Notes under the pieces: generated by a model
The model's input: only the letters and a program-made list of their open reading frames with translations
Databases searched by the model: none
What the model was told of the DNA's origin: nothing
Position numbers and translations under genes: made by a program
Shown: positions 39,572 through 54,287 of the stretch, in pieces
Numbering within the stretch: the stretch's first letter is position 1
Layout: every line of letters begins with the position of its first letter
DNA from: Chrysomallon squamiferum
Lineage: Eukaryota > Animalia > Mollusca
DNA: 64,000 bases
Reading direction: 5' to 3'
Assembly (NCBI GenBank): GCA_012295275.1
Contig: CM022665.1
Coordinates: forward strand, 13,640,001 to 13,704,000

Positions 39572-40204
39572 TTTGTCAGTGATCAAGTAAACTATTTGGT
39601 ATCTTTCAGTTAATTTTTAAAGTTATTAGGCATCAGCTGCTGCTTATGTAGGTATATTCATTTAGCAGTATGAGATCTTTTATAAGCTAGAAATACTTAA
39701 TTATTAGCAAAGGTTGGTGATGTTAAAAACAAATACCATTTGGAAAGGTACAAACTGTATTTAGTTTACTTTTTCATTCATTAACAAATACATTTAACCA
39801 AAAACAACAACAACAAAATATTACAAAGTGTTTGTTCATATATTTCGACAAAGAATAACAATCAGGTGGAATATTAACTTTTTCTTGCTTTCTCAAATAT
39901 AGTTTAGACCAGATACTATGTATTGATCATGTGTTGTCATTAGCTACATGCTTCTTTAAATATTTAACCACCCATATCCAACAGCCTTGATATATTGTAA
40001 TTTACTTATGAACACAGAATCACATCCTGGTACCAGCTAAAAAATGTATTCATTAATATTTAACAAACTGTGTGCCTTGATGAATCAGAACTAACAAAAA
40101 TCTCTATTTCAAGAATAATTCTTTTTTTTTAGATCTAGGAGAAATGTTGTTTCCATAGTGAACGTATTTCTTAATGAATTAATTTACATTTCATCTTTAA
40201 GCTT

Positions 40205-40263
40205 CTAATCATCATGAGCTTCGGCGGTGTCTCCAGGACAACTGGCTTCCATATCAGCAGCAT
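40205..40263 (-). CDS. GPATCH11: GPATCH11 exon 6 (end of C-terminal DUF4187 zinc-binding region)
   Basis: DAADMEASCPGDTAEAHDD*, matching human CPG...DHD; polypyrimidine tract and cag acceptor. Confidence 0.9.
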
Positions 40264-40372
40264 CTGACAGAAAGAAAAAAAAGAATTGAGAATTAATGAA
40301 TTCATTTTTGTCAGTTTCAATGAAAGTTTGTGTGCTTTCATTTTTGTTTTGACTAAATAATGTATCTGTTTG

Positions 40373-40405
<33 letters not shown>

Positions 40406-40571
40406 TAGCTGTCAATCAAGTTGTCTCTAATGAACAAATGAAATAATTTTTAACGAAATGTCAGAGATGAATATGAATACATTAACTTATAAGTTCAGCC
40501 AGAATTTGAATTAAAAGAGTCTATAAGGCTTTATACACATAGACACAAACACTTACATACTTACATATATA

Positions 40572-40694
40572 TAAGGAATAACTGGCTACTGTTTTAAGTT
40601 ATCAGCTTTATCTTGCAAAGGTAACAATGCAAGTTTGGGCCATTTGACCTGAGCAAGATAAACCTGATATCTTAAGTAACCAGTTATTTCTTTA
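40572..40694. repeat. Short foldback element or MITE, about 42-bp imperfect inverted arms
   Basis: TAAGGAATAACTGGCTACT...TATCAGCTTTATCTTGC (40572-40616) pairs with GCAAGATAAACCTGATATCTTAAGTAACCAGTTATTTCTTTA (40653-40694). Confidence 0.75.
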
Positions 40695-41084
40695 ATCCTG
40701 TAATTCTAAGTAACATAAAAACTAAATAACATTAACTATTTGATTTCTTAATTCACTGCTCTCAACAAAAGTAGATTCATACATATTATTTCACTGTTGC
40801 TATATATATATAAAAAAACAATAAAATCTTAAATAGCAACAATTTGTTATTTTTTAAAACAAAAACCATTCTCAAAATGTTTTTTTTTTAAGATCTAAAC
40901 CAGCAATTAAACACTAAAGAAGTAACTCTGAACAATGTATGTATAAATATATCAGTTGCCAGAATATTATAACTGCATTTTTAAAACTACTTTCTAAAAT
41001 TTTAAATAATTGGTGGACATTTTTGAATAGTTTACTTGTACTGCACACTTTGCACATTAACAAAGGTGTATTGCATGCAGTTTA

Positions 41085-42500
41085 TTATGCTAAGAACAAA
41101 TGTTTGTGTTCACTAGATGACTGTGTGAATCTGCCAATAATTGTTTCTGCATCCAGTTCATCTAACAATTCATTTTCAGTGGGTGGCAACATGTATGATT
41201 CCAAGTCCTCTTCAGACAGCTTATTTCTTAACCTTGTCTTTACGCTCTTTAGCTTTGAAAGTGTCCTCTCAGATTGGCTACAGTAACTGATGGTGCAGAT
41301 GAGTTTACAAAGGTTTACAAAGTTCATAAAGGTTATACACCTTGTCATGAAATCTGTTGGATGCCAGAATTTTTAGATCATATGATGGGCAAACACTGCA
41401 AATTTGACAGTTCATATTCTCACCATCATTAAGCAATAGTTTTAATACATCAAAGTTTGAAGCAAAAGAAAACAATATTATTTGATCTCTGCTGATTTGT
41501 GGAAACAGCTTGGTAATAATTTACAGTGCTTCAAGGCCTTTCTCTCCAATAGTTGTGAACTTTGCTGGGTCAAAGTAGGATACATCTGTATACAGTTGTT
41601 TGTATTCTACAAAAAGTTGATTCCAGTGACTAGACAATGTGATCCATTATTACGTTAAACACTTGAAAATCAGCTCAAGAATCTGAGGAATTTCCTTCAT
41701 CATCAATAAGCTCATCTACCTCTTAACTGATAATGTTGTTTCTAAACCATCAGTTTGATTTTCATCCATATTCATCTGTGAAACCTTGTCATTATATTTA
41801 AACATTCCAAAGGCTAATTGTGAATGTTATCAAATATTCTTATCTGTTCCATCCCCTTTGTTTGTAGTTGAATCTACCAAACTCCAAGCAGTAAACATAT
41901 CCAAACCATCTGTTTATATTTAACTTGGTGACAGGACTGTTGTTTTAAATATACAAGTAAGTAAATGTTGTCAACATAGTTTCAAACTTTAGAAGACTGA
42001 AGTAAAACATTTGCTTCCTTTTTCATTGTTGCATCAAACTTTACTCAGTCTTGAAGTACTGACAATTATGTCAGTAGATTTATAAAATTCTGGCAGCAGC
42101 AGCATCAAAATGTCTCACATAGCTGTTGCTGGGTTTGATTTCCTTGAACATCTGGTCTGAACAGTTAGCTTTAACTGTTTCATTTTGGCTTGTCCTAGAT
42201 GCTTTCCAACAACTTCAATGCATATAGCTGTTTTCTTGTATGCTATTTTCCTAAAAGTTGCTAAATTCTGGAGCAAAATGAAAAACAAAACTTGCAGATA
42301 TACAATATTTTGTTGTTTTGGTCATCACCAAATTCAGTGGTTGAATTATCTTATGTTGAATCAACCAGATAGAATATTTTGCTTGAGAAACTTTATGACT
42401 AATTCTTTCCTGTATCGTATGCTTCATAATTTCAATTAACATGTTAACAGTTGTTTTACTGAGATGTGTAACAAATCCACCAGGTTAGTAACATCTCTCC
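41085..42500 (-). mobile_element. Decayed hAT transposase (ZMYM1/Tip100-like) in the last intron of GPATCH11
   Basis: ORF 41085-41348 SQSERTLSKLKSVKTRLRNKLSEEDLESYML is the hAT C-terminal dimerisation motif (ERxFSxLKxIKxxLR); upstream sequence is frameshifted and stop-interrupted; 5' boundary approximate. Confidence 0.8.
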
Positions 42501-43086
42501 CAGACTAATGATTTAGGACTATAATTTTTTTTTTTTTTTTTAACTGAAAAACAAAAAACATTCAGATTGATATTCTATATGTCAATTTAATGATAAATAG
42601 TTATTTATATATTTTTAAATGACAAGAATCTCTTTTTTTTTCTTTTTTTTGGATTAAAATAGTATGAGTAATTCAATGTAACTTCTAGTTTCATAATTCC
42701 AGTAATAATATTTGTATTTTGTTGTATGAATAAAAGCACAATACAAAAATAATCATTCCATATATAAACAGCTTAACTTTTCATTTGTAAAAGTTTACAC
42801 ATTGCCCAAGTCTTCCAAAGAGGGCAGTATGGCCAACTAGAATATAAAATATAGTAAGTCTTCTGTTATATTTTTATGCTGTTAAAAGGTTATTAGCACA
42901 TGACATAGAGGGCCAACTTGACATCTGGCAAACTGATACTCTGGCTAGTTCTGTACTCTGTGTATGTTAATATCAAGTAATCTACTGAACTAAATATAGT
43001 TCTGTCCCAAAAATATCAATATTTATTTAGTCATCATGTCTTCACATGCACTGAATGTATCATAATTACAAACGCAAACACAAACA

Positions 43087-43135
<49 letters not shown>

Positions 43136-45278
43136 ATTGGTTAGAATTATTTTAAATAAAACAGGATTGTAGGGTAGGGGTTTTTGTGTTTTCTTTGTAT
43201 GTTGAAATGCAAATAAGTTACAAAATACCATAGCAACAAGACCAAAGCAATGTAATAAACCAAAAAAATAACCACTGCACAGTTACAAATAAGAATCACC
43301 ATTACAGCTGTTAAAAATGATCCTTCAGTTCTGATGAGGTAACCAGGATAAAACTAAAATTACAATTCTGAGTTCATTGGCTTTTATTCAGTCATCTCCA
43401 TTTTAGGAGAAAACCATATCTACATGTGATCATTCTTGTTTTTTCTTTAAACATGAAATATTATAGATTTAATCCACTACATCTGTATTATAAATTTTTG
43501 TAACATTTATTTAAAATTTTAAGGCAAAAATGAATGGACAGAATATATTAGGTCTTAGATATTTTATTATGAGAATGTCTAATTGGAAATGGCTTTATTA
43601 TCTTCCAAGATTAAACATAACAGAAAATATCTGTCACTGTTTTTATTTTTTATGATCAGAACACAAGTGAATGATAAACGATAAGTACATTGTAATTTAA
43701 ACAATGTCATCTGCATTATTATATCAGTCATAGCCAGTCTCTGTGACTGGATTGCAAACACTGTGGTACATGCCTTTCCGTCTTTATAAATAAAAATATG
43801 CACTAATCACTGTAATGGTGGAAGAAGACTTCCTTTCATATCGATATCATCCAATAAAAACTGGCATCTGATAACAGTACTGACACATTAAAATGTAATG
43901 TGAAAACATTCAGTAAAATGTCACAAATATTTAAGATGTCTACTTTTTGTATCAGAACTAGGATGGGTCTTCTATGTCATGTAAAGAGATTCAAGAAGTC
44001 TGCTCCTTATATGAAAACTAGAACGGGTCTTCTACATGCTGTTATTGTTGCTTTCAACATTACCAGAGTCATATTATATCTTTTGTTACTTAGAATTTTA
44101 ATGAAATTCATTGGGAATAACTGTAGATCACTTTTTTTCTACAGTTTATTTGTAACATAATGATTTAATATAACATCTTATTATATTACATTATATATTA
44201 TAATGAAAAAAAATTAATTAATAACAACAAAAAATAAAAATAATAATAAATCAATAATTTCCACTACAACTCATAGAAATGTATGTAAAGAGAGAAATAT
44301 TCAGAACTTAGGTTTATGTCAACAACAGCTGCTTTTAATTTCATAAAAAATGTCATGTTGTTATAACAACCAAAACATACTAAACCTTTGGCAGGTAATT
44401 TAAGTTAACCTGAATGTTTTAGTAAATGACATTTTCTTTTTATGAATAAAAAGTTTTCTCTTGTTTAGTAATAATAGTAATAATAATAATAAAAAAAAAC
44501 ATTGCTAAAAATCTTTTAATTTCTGTCATCTTCCCTGCCATTGCTGGTGCTAACAAATGTCCTAAAACTACTTTGCTTATTTTCAAATCATTGTTTTGTT
44601 TCTTGTTAAACTATCTTTGACATGGACAAATAACTAAAATAGATTTCGTTTTGTTTGTATATTATTTTACTTACTGCTGGTCTTTGCTACTGATAATAAA
44701 ATAACAAATCCTTAACAAATTTATTGAGACTGCCATTTTTCTTTCTTGAATAGGTAGGATTTCTGCTTTTCAGATGATCAACTCACTTAATGTAAACAAT
44801 GCTTAGTAAATGATTTGCTCTGTCTTTGTATCATAATTGATGAGTAAATCATTTACTGACTGTTACTATCTGAGTATCATCACTGGTGAATAAATTTATT
44901 CAATTTCACCATCCTAATATCATCAGTTGTGAGGAAATCATTAACTTCCTGTTACCAACTTAGTACAATCGTTGGTGAGTAAATCATAATTGGACAACGA
45001 AAATTAGATGTGTACCCTCCTTTCCAGTTTTAATTGATATAAAATTTTAATATTAATTTTACAAAAAAACACTGATATAAACACAGGTGCATTTATTCAG
45101 TAACAGAATAATCTAGATTTCTGCTCAGTTTTGATTATAAATGTTTCAAGAAGCACACACATACAGACATCTCAATAATTCATTTTTTCTTTTTATATCT
45201 TTATTCATAACACAATAATATATCCAGTCCTAAAGGTAAGTGTTTTTTTGTTTGTTTGTTTTTGAAAAGATACTGTTA

Positions 45279-45419
<141 letters not shown>

Positions 45420-46009
45420 TTAATTCATTTAAAAAAAAATATATAATAATTATAAAATAAGAGTAATGATAATAATAATAAAATAATTCAACAGCAACAA
45501 CAACAATACTAATACCAATAAATAAATGAATAATACTAAAATTTATCAAGAGTACAACAACAATAACTGTTATTATTTGGTATAACAACAACAACAATAA
45601 CATTTATTTGGTGTATGAATGATGATGTGAGTGATGATGATAGATATAATAGTAACAGTTATAATAAAAATAACAACAATAATATTAACATAAAGAGTGA
45701 TGTTCATTTTTAAAGTATCTTTTATAAAAGACAAACAGAATACAGGCAAAAAAGATTTGAAAAATGTAAATTATCATGCTGATATTTTGAATGATTTTCA
45801 GTTTATTTTATGTTATACTATGATGTATTTGAAAATATTTATGTTGCCAGACAACTACATATGGGAAAGTTACAACATTTAATATTTTTACAGAAATGTT
45901 CTATTACGTTGATATTAATAAACCATAATGCTGACTGATGTTTATAATAAAGTTATCACGGACACTAATAATGCCAAAGAGAGATAAATGAATTTGTCTA
46001 CAGACTTAC

Positions 46010-46189
46010 AGAGAATTCACTCGTTTCATCATCTCCAAAGTCTTCATCATCATCATCATCATCATCACTTTCCCATGCAGTAGTTCTTAATGTTGTTTCA
46101 TCCTCCTCCATTTCTTTATTGCAGGTTTTACTTTTGCCTGGTAATAATTCCTTAGGCCAGAAAAATTTCTCAAGGGGTTGTTTAATTCC
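46010..46189 (-). CDS. GPATCH11: GPATCH11 exon 4 (acidic region)
   Basis: GIKQPLEKFFWPKELLPG...DDDDDDEDFGDDETSEFS; tgtag/gtaagt sites; 180 nt, phase 0. Confidence 0.88.
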
Positions 46190-47098
46190 CTACAAAACCA
46201 GGCAATAATAAAATTACATCTGATTGTCTTTCATAAAAATTAAAATATACATGATAAAACTAAGGATGACTGTTTTATTAAAACATAATGAAACATCAAA
46301 TAGATATTTTCTAACATTTGATAAACCTGATGTAGTCATTATACTGCATAACTTTTAAATAAAACTGATATAATTTTCTCTACCACCACCATTAGGATTT
46401 TTTTTATCATCAAATTTCATTTTAACTATATATTTTTCATTTTATTTTCAAACAGATGTATGTAATGTACACACTGAACTGCATTGAATCTTTTATTATT
46501 ATTTTAGATTACAAGTAAATATGTAATCTTACCTACCAAATGACTACTAAAAGGAATAAGGGGGAATGAACTTCTGTCACAATTTATTTATAATAAAACA
46601 ACTATCTTCAAAAAGAAAAAGAAATAACAAATGGTTTTTCCAGCAAAAAGCTAATATTAGTTTATATATTTTACTTCAGTAATTTAGTATTTATTTTGTT
46701 AATCAAGATAGACAGTTAAAAAGATACAGAGTGAAAACAAATATGTTAAAATTTATTAATTATATGATTGCAAGGATCATCATCAATTTACCAGTGCAAT
46801 AAAAAAAAAACTGTTGCAACAAAGATAATTTGCAGTAACAAGGTACATTAGCCAATATTAATCTGTTTTAAATTCTGTCCAAAAACGTTGTAACCAACAA
46901 GCCAAGATGGAATCAAGGATTCTGGTAATCATCACTAAGCATTGTAAGCTTTTCCTCAAGTCACATAAATTTATCTACACTAGCAAATTTAGCTAAATAC
47001 TTTTCATTTAGTCTAATAAAATAAACTCTGGTATAATATAATAACATTTAAATGTGTATATAAAGACATGACATTTTAAATGTTTTTTTAAGACACAC

Positions 47099-47352
47099 CT
47101 GTTGTGAGTCCAACTGCTCACAAACTTTTTGACTTTTACAAAGATCCCTCTCTGTCTTCTTGTCTACCAGAACTTCTCGCTGTCTCTGAATGAACTGGTC
47201 TTTCTGCTGAACTTCAAATTTCTGTCTTTTCTCTCTCCTCATGGCTGCCATCATGATTCGACTGTTTTGTTTTCTTTTCATATCTGCTTCTTTGCCAAGT
47301 CCACCTCGACCAAGCTTCACTTCAATGGGGACTGGTTCCACTCTACCACTGC
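47099..47352 (-). CDS. GPATCH11: GPATCH11 exon 3 (end of G-patch, coiled coil)
   Basis: GSGRVEPVPIEVKLGRGGLGKE...DLCKSQKVCEQLDSQQ. Confidence 0.93.
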
Positions 47353-48187
47353 CTTAAAACAATAAATAAATAAATAAATAAATAAATATATAAGTAAGTC
47401 AGTAAGTCTCTTAGTTCCATAAAAAATATACCTTTTATAATTATTTAGTTTTATATGTATGTAGAAATCACTGAGCCAGTGCAGGGGAGGTAACTTCAAA
47501 CTCAATGCTGGAAATCTTTTTTTTTTGTTTAAGTTAGATCTTTTTCTTTTCTTTAAAAATGTTTAGTAAAATATTTTAAAAAATTTAAATATATACAAAT
47601 GAAGCCAAAAATATAATCAGTTATTGTCCTATCTTTAAATAGTAATTATATGCTTGGATAATGTTGTGATAAAGATTTATTTAAATAATATAAAAATATC
47701 AGTAATAATTAAATAAATTTTTCTTTCTTAATCTGCTAATTAAAAATCTTTGAAACACTTAATAGCACATTTGTTACATATTTTCCATTGCTTATTCTTT
47801 TATTTTCTGGTAAATTGTGGGAAATTAATTTTGGACAAACAGCCACTGTATAGGTGTGTACTTTAAATTTTCATGTTGTTGATATACCATAGTTATTATA
47901 TATTTTTCATGATGTTTTGTATACAGCCTGGTTATATACAACAGGTATGTAGTATTAAAATGCATAATTTTACAAATTTATCTAATTAATTTCAAAATTT
48001 TACATAAAACAATAATAAATTATTCTATTATTTTTTCTCAAAGTAATGTCAAAATTGCATTTAAAACAACGATTAATTATTTGATTAATGTCTTAAAATG
48101 GTTTTATAACTTCTGGTTAAAATTAATGACTTTCAAAACAGTGTTTAAATTTATGAGAAATAGTGAAACAAAACTTAGTAATTCAAC

Positions 48188-48417
48188 CTTGTTTGCCAAT
48201 GGCTGTTCCTGGTTTATATCCCATTTTCTGCATCATTGCAAACCCTTTGTTATTACTAGTTAGAGACTGACTTAAACCAATCTCTCTCTTTTCCTTTTCC
48301 AGAACCCTGATTGGTTTAAACACTGCTTTGTTGTTCAGATTAGAATCATTTTGTTTCTTTTTTTGCTTGTATTTTGAGGCTATCCTGGATGACATAAGTC
48401 CTGGTCGTGTGTTTGGA
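48188..48417 (-). CDS. GPATCH11: GPATCH11 exon 2 (start of G-patch)
   Basis: PNTRPGL...NKGFAMMQKMGYKPGTAIGKQG, the G-patch signature. Confidence 0.93.
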
Positions 48418-50631
48418 CTGTAACAAAAAAGGAACATTTTAACTGTACCATGTAAAATAAAATTAATAAGATATTTCATCATTTGTTTGTTTCTCACATA
48501 TCCAGCTCAATGGGTAGTTTAGAAAAAAGATTATTCATTTACACTTTGAATTTATCATTTGTTTCTTAAGTGCAATAACATGTGCTCTTACAGTTAACTT
48601 TAATGAAATAATTAAAAATACTTATAATAACAATAAAAATAAATCAGTGAATAACAGTGTATGTAATACATAATTGTGTGTGTGTATACGCACATACACA
48701 TGCATACACACACTTTTATGCACACATAATTATAAACATATGTATATAGATACACATATATATGTATATATTATTTATATATATACACATACACATGCAT
48801 GTGTGTGTGTTTATGTGTCACAGAGAATAAGTAAAACCAGGGATTATGAATAATCCCAAAATTTTCAGGTGTTATGTGTAATGTCTGATTCACTTTGAAT
48901 TGTGTATAAAATGTCAGGTAATACATATAATAGTTGAAATGTAATTAGTTATTTTATACATATTATCTGAAATTGATTGACTTATTATTGTACCATTGTA
49001 ATTAAGTTTTACATATAATAAAGGTAAGTTGTTCTTTGAACTGATAATGTTTAAGAAATGAGTAGACAATTGTTTCAACAGTCAAGAAGCAAAAACTAAA
49101 GTGAAGGAGAATAGTTTTTCTTCAACTAATGAATATTATTAATAAGCATCTAATATTAGAAATGCAAGTAAAGCTAGTTAAATATGTATATTTTAAGCTT
49201 GTATTGTGACCAGAATTTGAGTAACATTTACTGGCATTATCCAGCAAGGTGAATGGTAAAGAATCACATTCAAAAAAATAATAATAATAATAAAATAAAA
49301 TAAAACAAAAATGTACATCAAAACTAAATTTTAATTATCTTTTTTGTTTTTCGTTTCTTTTATCAGAACTACGATAAACATATTCATCAACACATAGATC
49401 AAGCATAATATTAATAAATCATGTGTGCCTTAAATGATTGTTTAACACAACTTTGCTCCAGCACCACAAGTGGATTTTGTTTGAAAACTTGGTAATATGA
49501 AGTATGATTTCATTTATTATTGTTATAAACAAGTTATCTTAGTGTATGAAATAACAATGGAATGTTGCATTTCAAATGCAGATAACAGATAATGTTAACC
49601 ATTTACTATGAAAACACTGTCAGTTCAGAAAAGAACTTACATTAACTATAGGTTACCAAGAGAATGGCAGAACTTAATTACAGTGAATATGTATAAAATA
49701 AGACATAATTACACATAATACCTGAGAATTTCCAGGGTTATACCTATTCCCTGTAACAAGCATGTGTGTATGTGTTACATATACACTTATCTACTAATAT
49801 ATATTTATTCAACTTTCTGATACTGACAAAAGTTTTGTTACTAAATTAAAAAAATTAAAAAAATTCAAACATTGTTCTAAAAGTTATAATAAAAGTGATG
49901 AAATAAAAATGTGACATTTCAGCTTTAATAAATTTTTTGTCACCTAAAGCTGTTTTGTTCACACTTTCAACTGAAACTTTTTTTCATTTATCACTCAATA
50001 AGCTTGTCATCAAAATATTTTACCTTTCACTCATTCATCACTGTAACATCAGTAACCAAATATGAATATAATGCAACCCAAAAACATGTAAGAGCTCTAA
50101 ATACTTAGTTAAAAAATAATAAGTTATTATTTCTGTGTTTAGTCAATAGTATATAAAAATATATATATATTAGGTTAAGTGTTTAAATCATCAAAACATA
50201 CAATGATGACATAAACTGTAATTTAGAAATGAGCTACTGAGACAATTAAGTGATTCCAGTGGTAAATATTCTAAACACTCAGTCTCCAATTGTATTGGAC
50301 TACAAAATGTATAAACTGATAATTATGAACAAATATTTCAAAGGACAGAAACAACCAAGGAATACGAGAAAAGTATTATTATTATTTTTGCGTTTTATGC
50401 TTCTTCTTTTTTTGGACCATTAAGTGCCACAAACTAATATTTTACTGACACCAGCAAATACAATAAAGAAGCATGTGAATATTCTGTCATTAATTTTTTA
50501 ATGAAATACATTTAAATTTTTAATTATTAGTTTTTATAACACCAAAATTTATTCTGTCAACCTTGAGGAATGTGGCAGACATCCTAAGTAACATCTTTCT
50601 TTTCTTTTTTTTCTTTAAGTGAAAATGAGTT

Positions 50632-50673
<42 letters not shown>

Positions 50674-50770
50674 GTGATGCAGTCATAACAACTGTTGAGT
50701 AAATAAAGGTTTTTATTACATTTTTCATGTTTTTCCAGTTATTATTTAATTTTTTAATTTAAATCATACA

Positions 50771-50807
<37 letters not shown>

Positions 50808-51351
50808 GTTGTGTTTTGTGAATAATAAAAAATTATACATTTTTAAAAAATGTTTTGGATGAAATCATAAAAACATTTTTTCCATGCTTGTGTGCAAAAA
50901 TAATGTTTAAAGACATTCAAACAGAAATGACTGAAGAAATACTGTTATAATTACACCTCATTCGAATCATAATATAAAAACAATTTCTTTTAGTTTCAGT
51001 TTAGAAATGAAGAAGAGAAAAGTATTATGTAAGAGTTTTGTAATACTCTCCAAGACTGGTAAAATGAAGTTTGTTGTCATAAAAATTAATAACTGAAAAT
51101 TAAAATACATGTTTTTTTGGATTAGGGCAATCTTAAAATGAGCAAAATTGCTGTACATTTTATTTGCAACTAGAAAGGATAGATGCTGTTTAAAATGATT
51201 ATATTATTAAACTTATTATCATTCTGTGCATTTTTAAATACATTTTCTCATGAATGAAATGAATATAACCACTGAATGATGTCTGCCTATCAGGGGGCAA
51301 TCATTTTATGCCAAATATATCCTTTGATGCTATTAATCATGCCTAATCCTA

Positions 51352-51353
<2 letters not shown>

Positions 51354-51404
<51 letters not shown>
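51354..51404. repeat. (CA)n microsatellite
   Basis: Direct reading. Confidence 0.95.
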
Positions 51405-51407
<3 letters not shown>

Positions 51408-52145
51408 ATACATACATATACACATAATGCCATTTTTATTATTACTGGCTTTTGATCATTATTAATAGTTTCTTAGGCCATCACTATCAAGTGGATTAAA
51501 TGATTTTCACTTGACTATTATGATATGAAGAGTTAATTAATGTTGAGTTATAATAAAAAAAAATAATAATAATAAATAAAGATTTATATTGTACATAATT
51601 CAAGAAATGTTTATTGTATTTTGTTCATTTCTGGATGTTTTCATGGAAAAGCTGGAATCTAGAAGAAAAATGTGCAACCTACAAATTATTAATACTGATT
51701 ATAAACAACATCCACTTATAAGTTTATATATCAATGAATAATGTGTTTTAATAATACAATCATTTTAAAGATTGTCAGTCCTTTCTAGCTGCATATAAAA
51801 TGTATGGCGCCTTCAACAAGAAATGCAATGTAAGGCGATTTTCGTCTGTACTGAAATCGCCGGACATGCATGTTTTAATAAAATTGTAGCAAATGTGTGA
51901 ATATCGATAATTGCTACTTGCTGCACTTGATGAATTGAAAAATAAGATGAAATAATTGTTCTTGAATGGTTCGTAGCTGTTGGCTCACGCATCATTGTTA
52001 AATTAAAAACAAAAATACGACAGGTTTCTGGGTTTGGGATGGCAAAAATAAAGTTCGAGATCATGGATAATTTCAAACAATAAACATGGAATCACTCATT
52101 TACAAATATTCAGATAACTTTCTGGACGTTTTCTGATAATGTTAC

Positions 52146-52192
52146 CATTGTTGGAGAATTTTATCCGACATGTAGTCATCTTCATCGCTCAT
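52146..52192 (-). CDS. GPATCH11: GPATCH11 exon 1
   Basis: MSDEDDYMSDKILQQ with the conserved DYMSD N-terminus; the six exons total 852 nt = 283 aa plus stop. Confidence 0.9.
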
Positions 52193-52872
52193 TGCGTAAC
52201 TACTCACTATCTAAACGTCAAACTGTTTCTCTTTTTTTGTTTACTTTTTGCAGTTATACATATATTTAAAAAAAGAAAACAACCAAAACAAAAATGCATC
52301 CGTAAATTATCTCCTCTTGATCAGTTTGTAGTTACGGTGACATCCAAACCATTTCTATAAGCACCGTTTTCATAAATATTATTATTTAAAAAAAAACAAA
52401 AAACATTGTTTTGATTTTCTCAGTTTATTTATTTATTTTAATTATTCATTCATTTATATTTTTTTGTCTATTAGAATTAGTTTATAGACAGATCTCAAAA
52501 TGTTTATACATAAAGTAGTATTGTATTTCTTAATGCGTTACATGCAAATTCAGTAATTATTTTACTACAAAATTACCATGTTAAATTTCGAATAACAGAC
52601 ATCAAAATATATAATTTTATTTTTTGTTTTTGTTCATTGTTTACTTGTTTCAGTGTAAATCCGAATACAAATATTTAAACAGTACAGTAAATATATATTT
52701 TTTAAAACTATGTTTAATACTTACATACGTTAATACACACGTTAATAATTATCAGTCATAAAACCTTTCTTTTCATTACATGTTATAATCGTGAGAGAGA
52801 GAGAGGTTAAACGGTAAAATGATACTTTATATAATATTTCAGATAATAATAATAATAATAATAATAATTTTT

Positions 52873-52907
<35 letters not shown>

Positions 52908-53155
52908 AAGAATAAAGATAGAAGGTAAAAACACAAACAACAACAACTGAAAAGCACGTGGTGTAAATTGCTTGATGTATGGTCAGTGTCTTTTGATAAA
53001 GACAAAAGTAGGCGCTAAATTGTTATGTGTGTCACAGTTATCAGATATATTCAGTTTTGAAGATAAATCCTCCAATATGTGTCTGCTTGGGTGGCAAATT
53101 ATATTTTGCTGTGAGTGAGCCAAGTCGGCGAATGCAAAAAATAAGAAAAAAGTTG

Positions 53156-53194
<39 letters not shown>

Positions 53195-54026
53195 TTTTTT
53201 TTAATTAATTTTTTTTTTTTTTTTTTTTGAAAACAAAATGTCACCATAAATAAATTATCATGGTTTTTTCGATAATAGTAATTATTGTGCATAGTAGGTT
53301 TCGTCTCCATTCATGAAAATGATTGTGCTAGCGCACTTTACGAATCCGCATGCATAGTTAAGGCTCATAATAATAAAGTGTTCATTAATGAAAGAATATA
53401 ATGACTGTAATTATTGTTACGTCAGACATGGCCTTAACTAGACTCTTTTTGAAATGAGGCAAAAATACATAATCGCCGGAGCGGGGCAAAAAATTTGGGC
53501 GAGGGGTCTGGGGGCCGCCAGAAGCTCTGACTTGAAAGGCGCAAAATCCTGGATTCTAGCCATTGTATTTTATATTTTAAAAACAAAAAAATCCAACAAC
53601 TGTTTTATTAAAAAAATAAAATAAAAAAAAAATGTTTTTAAAAATTAGTCAATTTCGGTATGAGGCATTTGCCTCAATGTAGTTACGGCCATGTCAGGTG
53701 ATCGAAGGGGATACTTTGTATTTTATCATTCAGTAATACTGTTTTACGAATAAACTGCTATACAAGCATATTATAATACATATAATATTTAAAGAATATT
53801 TTCAAAGTTGACAGTTGTTTACTTCAGACATTTTAATAAATGAACAATTCAGTTTTAAAATTCCGCCTCTTAATACTGTACACCAATTTTCTAAAGATAA
53901 AACCGCCCACTCTCTGCCTCGCCCTCTTTACAGAAATTATGTTTGTGTGGTTATGCGAACATATTTAATCGCTTCAATTAATATTATTTCCTTACGTAAT
54001 ACGCATATAGTGGGGGGTTTGTTGGG

Positions 54027-54059
<33 letters not shown>

Positions 54060-54287
54060 TATATTAAAAATTATTTGATGTGTATCATCTTTATCGCTTT
54101 ATGATAAGAGCATGAAGTATTTCTCTCCGTTTAACCATAGCAAAGCAGCTTGCGTAGCATAGGGCTGACGTCACACTGTTATTTGTGAAAACCTATTCAC
54201 GGAAGTCGACGCGCGCTGACTCACGGCTTGTGACGAATTGATGAAAACCTTACGTATATTATTGGAGCAAACCATTTCTTACAGAAG
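52193..54287. promoter_or_regulatory. Divergent (bidirectional) promoter region between GPATCH11 and the DUF3504 gene
   Basis: Head-to-head genes; CpG-retaining; TGACGTCA 54166-54173, CGGAAGT 54200-54206, TGACTCA 54217-54223, TTACGTAA 53992-53999; likely 5'UTR intron 54288-54371. Confidence 0.6.
53427..53693. mobile_element. Non-autonomous DNA transposon (MITE) in the divergent promoter
   Basis: CATGGCCTTAACTA ... TAGTTACGGCCATG TIRs (1 mismatch); subterminal TGAGGCA motifs, including the palindrome TGAGGCATTTGCCTCA; GC-rich GGGGTCTGGGGGCCGCC core; flanks TCAGA/TCAGG. Confidence 0.8.

Noticed and set aside
39385-39586. Poly-Ile and poly-Leu ORFs resembling membrane proteins
   Set aside because: (ATA)n repeat
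43930-44990. Short degenerate direct repeats (about 69-bp pair at 43930-44040; about 43-bp units at 44800-44990) resembling an array
   Set aside because: Only 2-4 divergent copies in a eukaryotic intron, with no identical repeat/unique spacer structure; ordinary local duplications, not CRISPR
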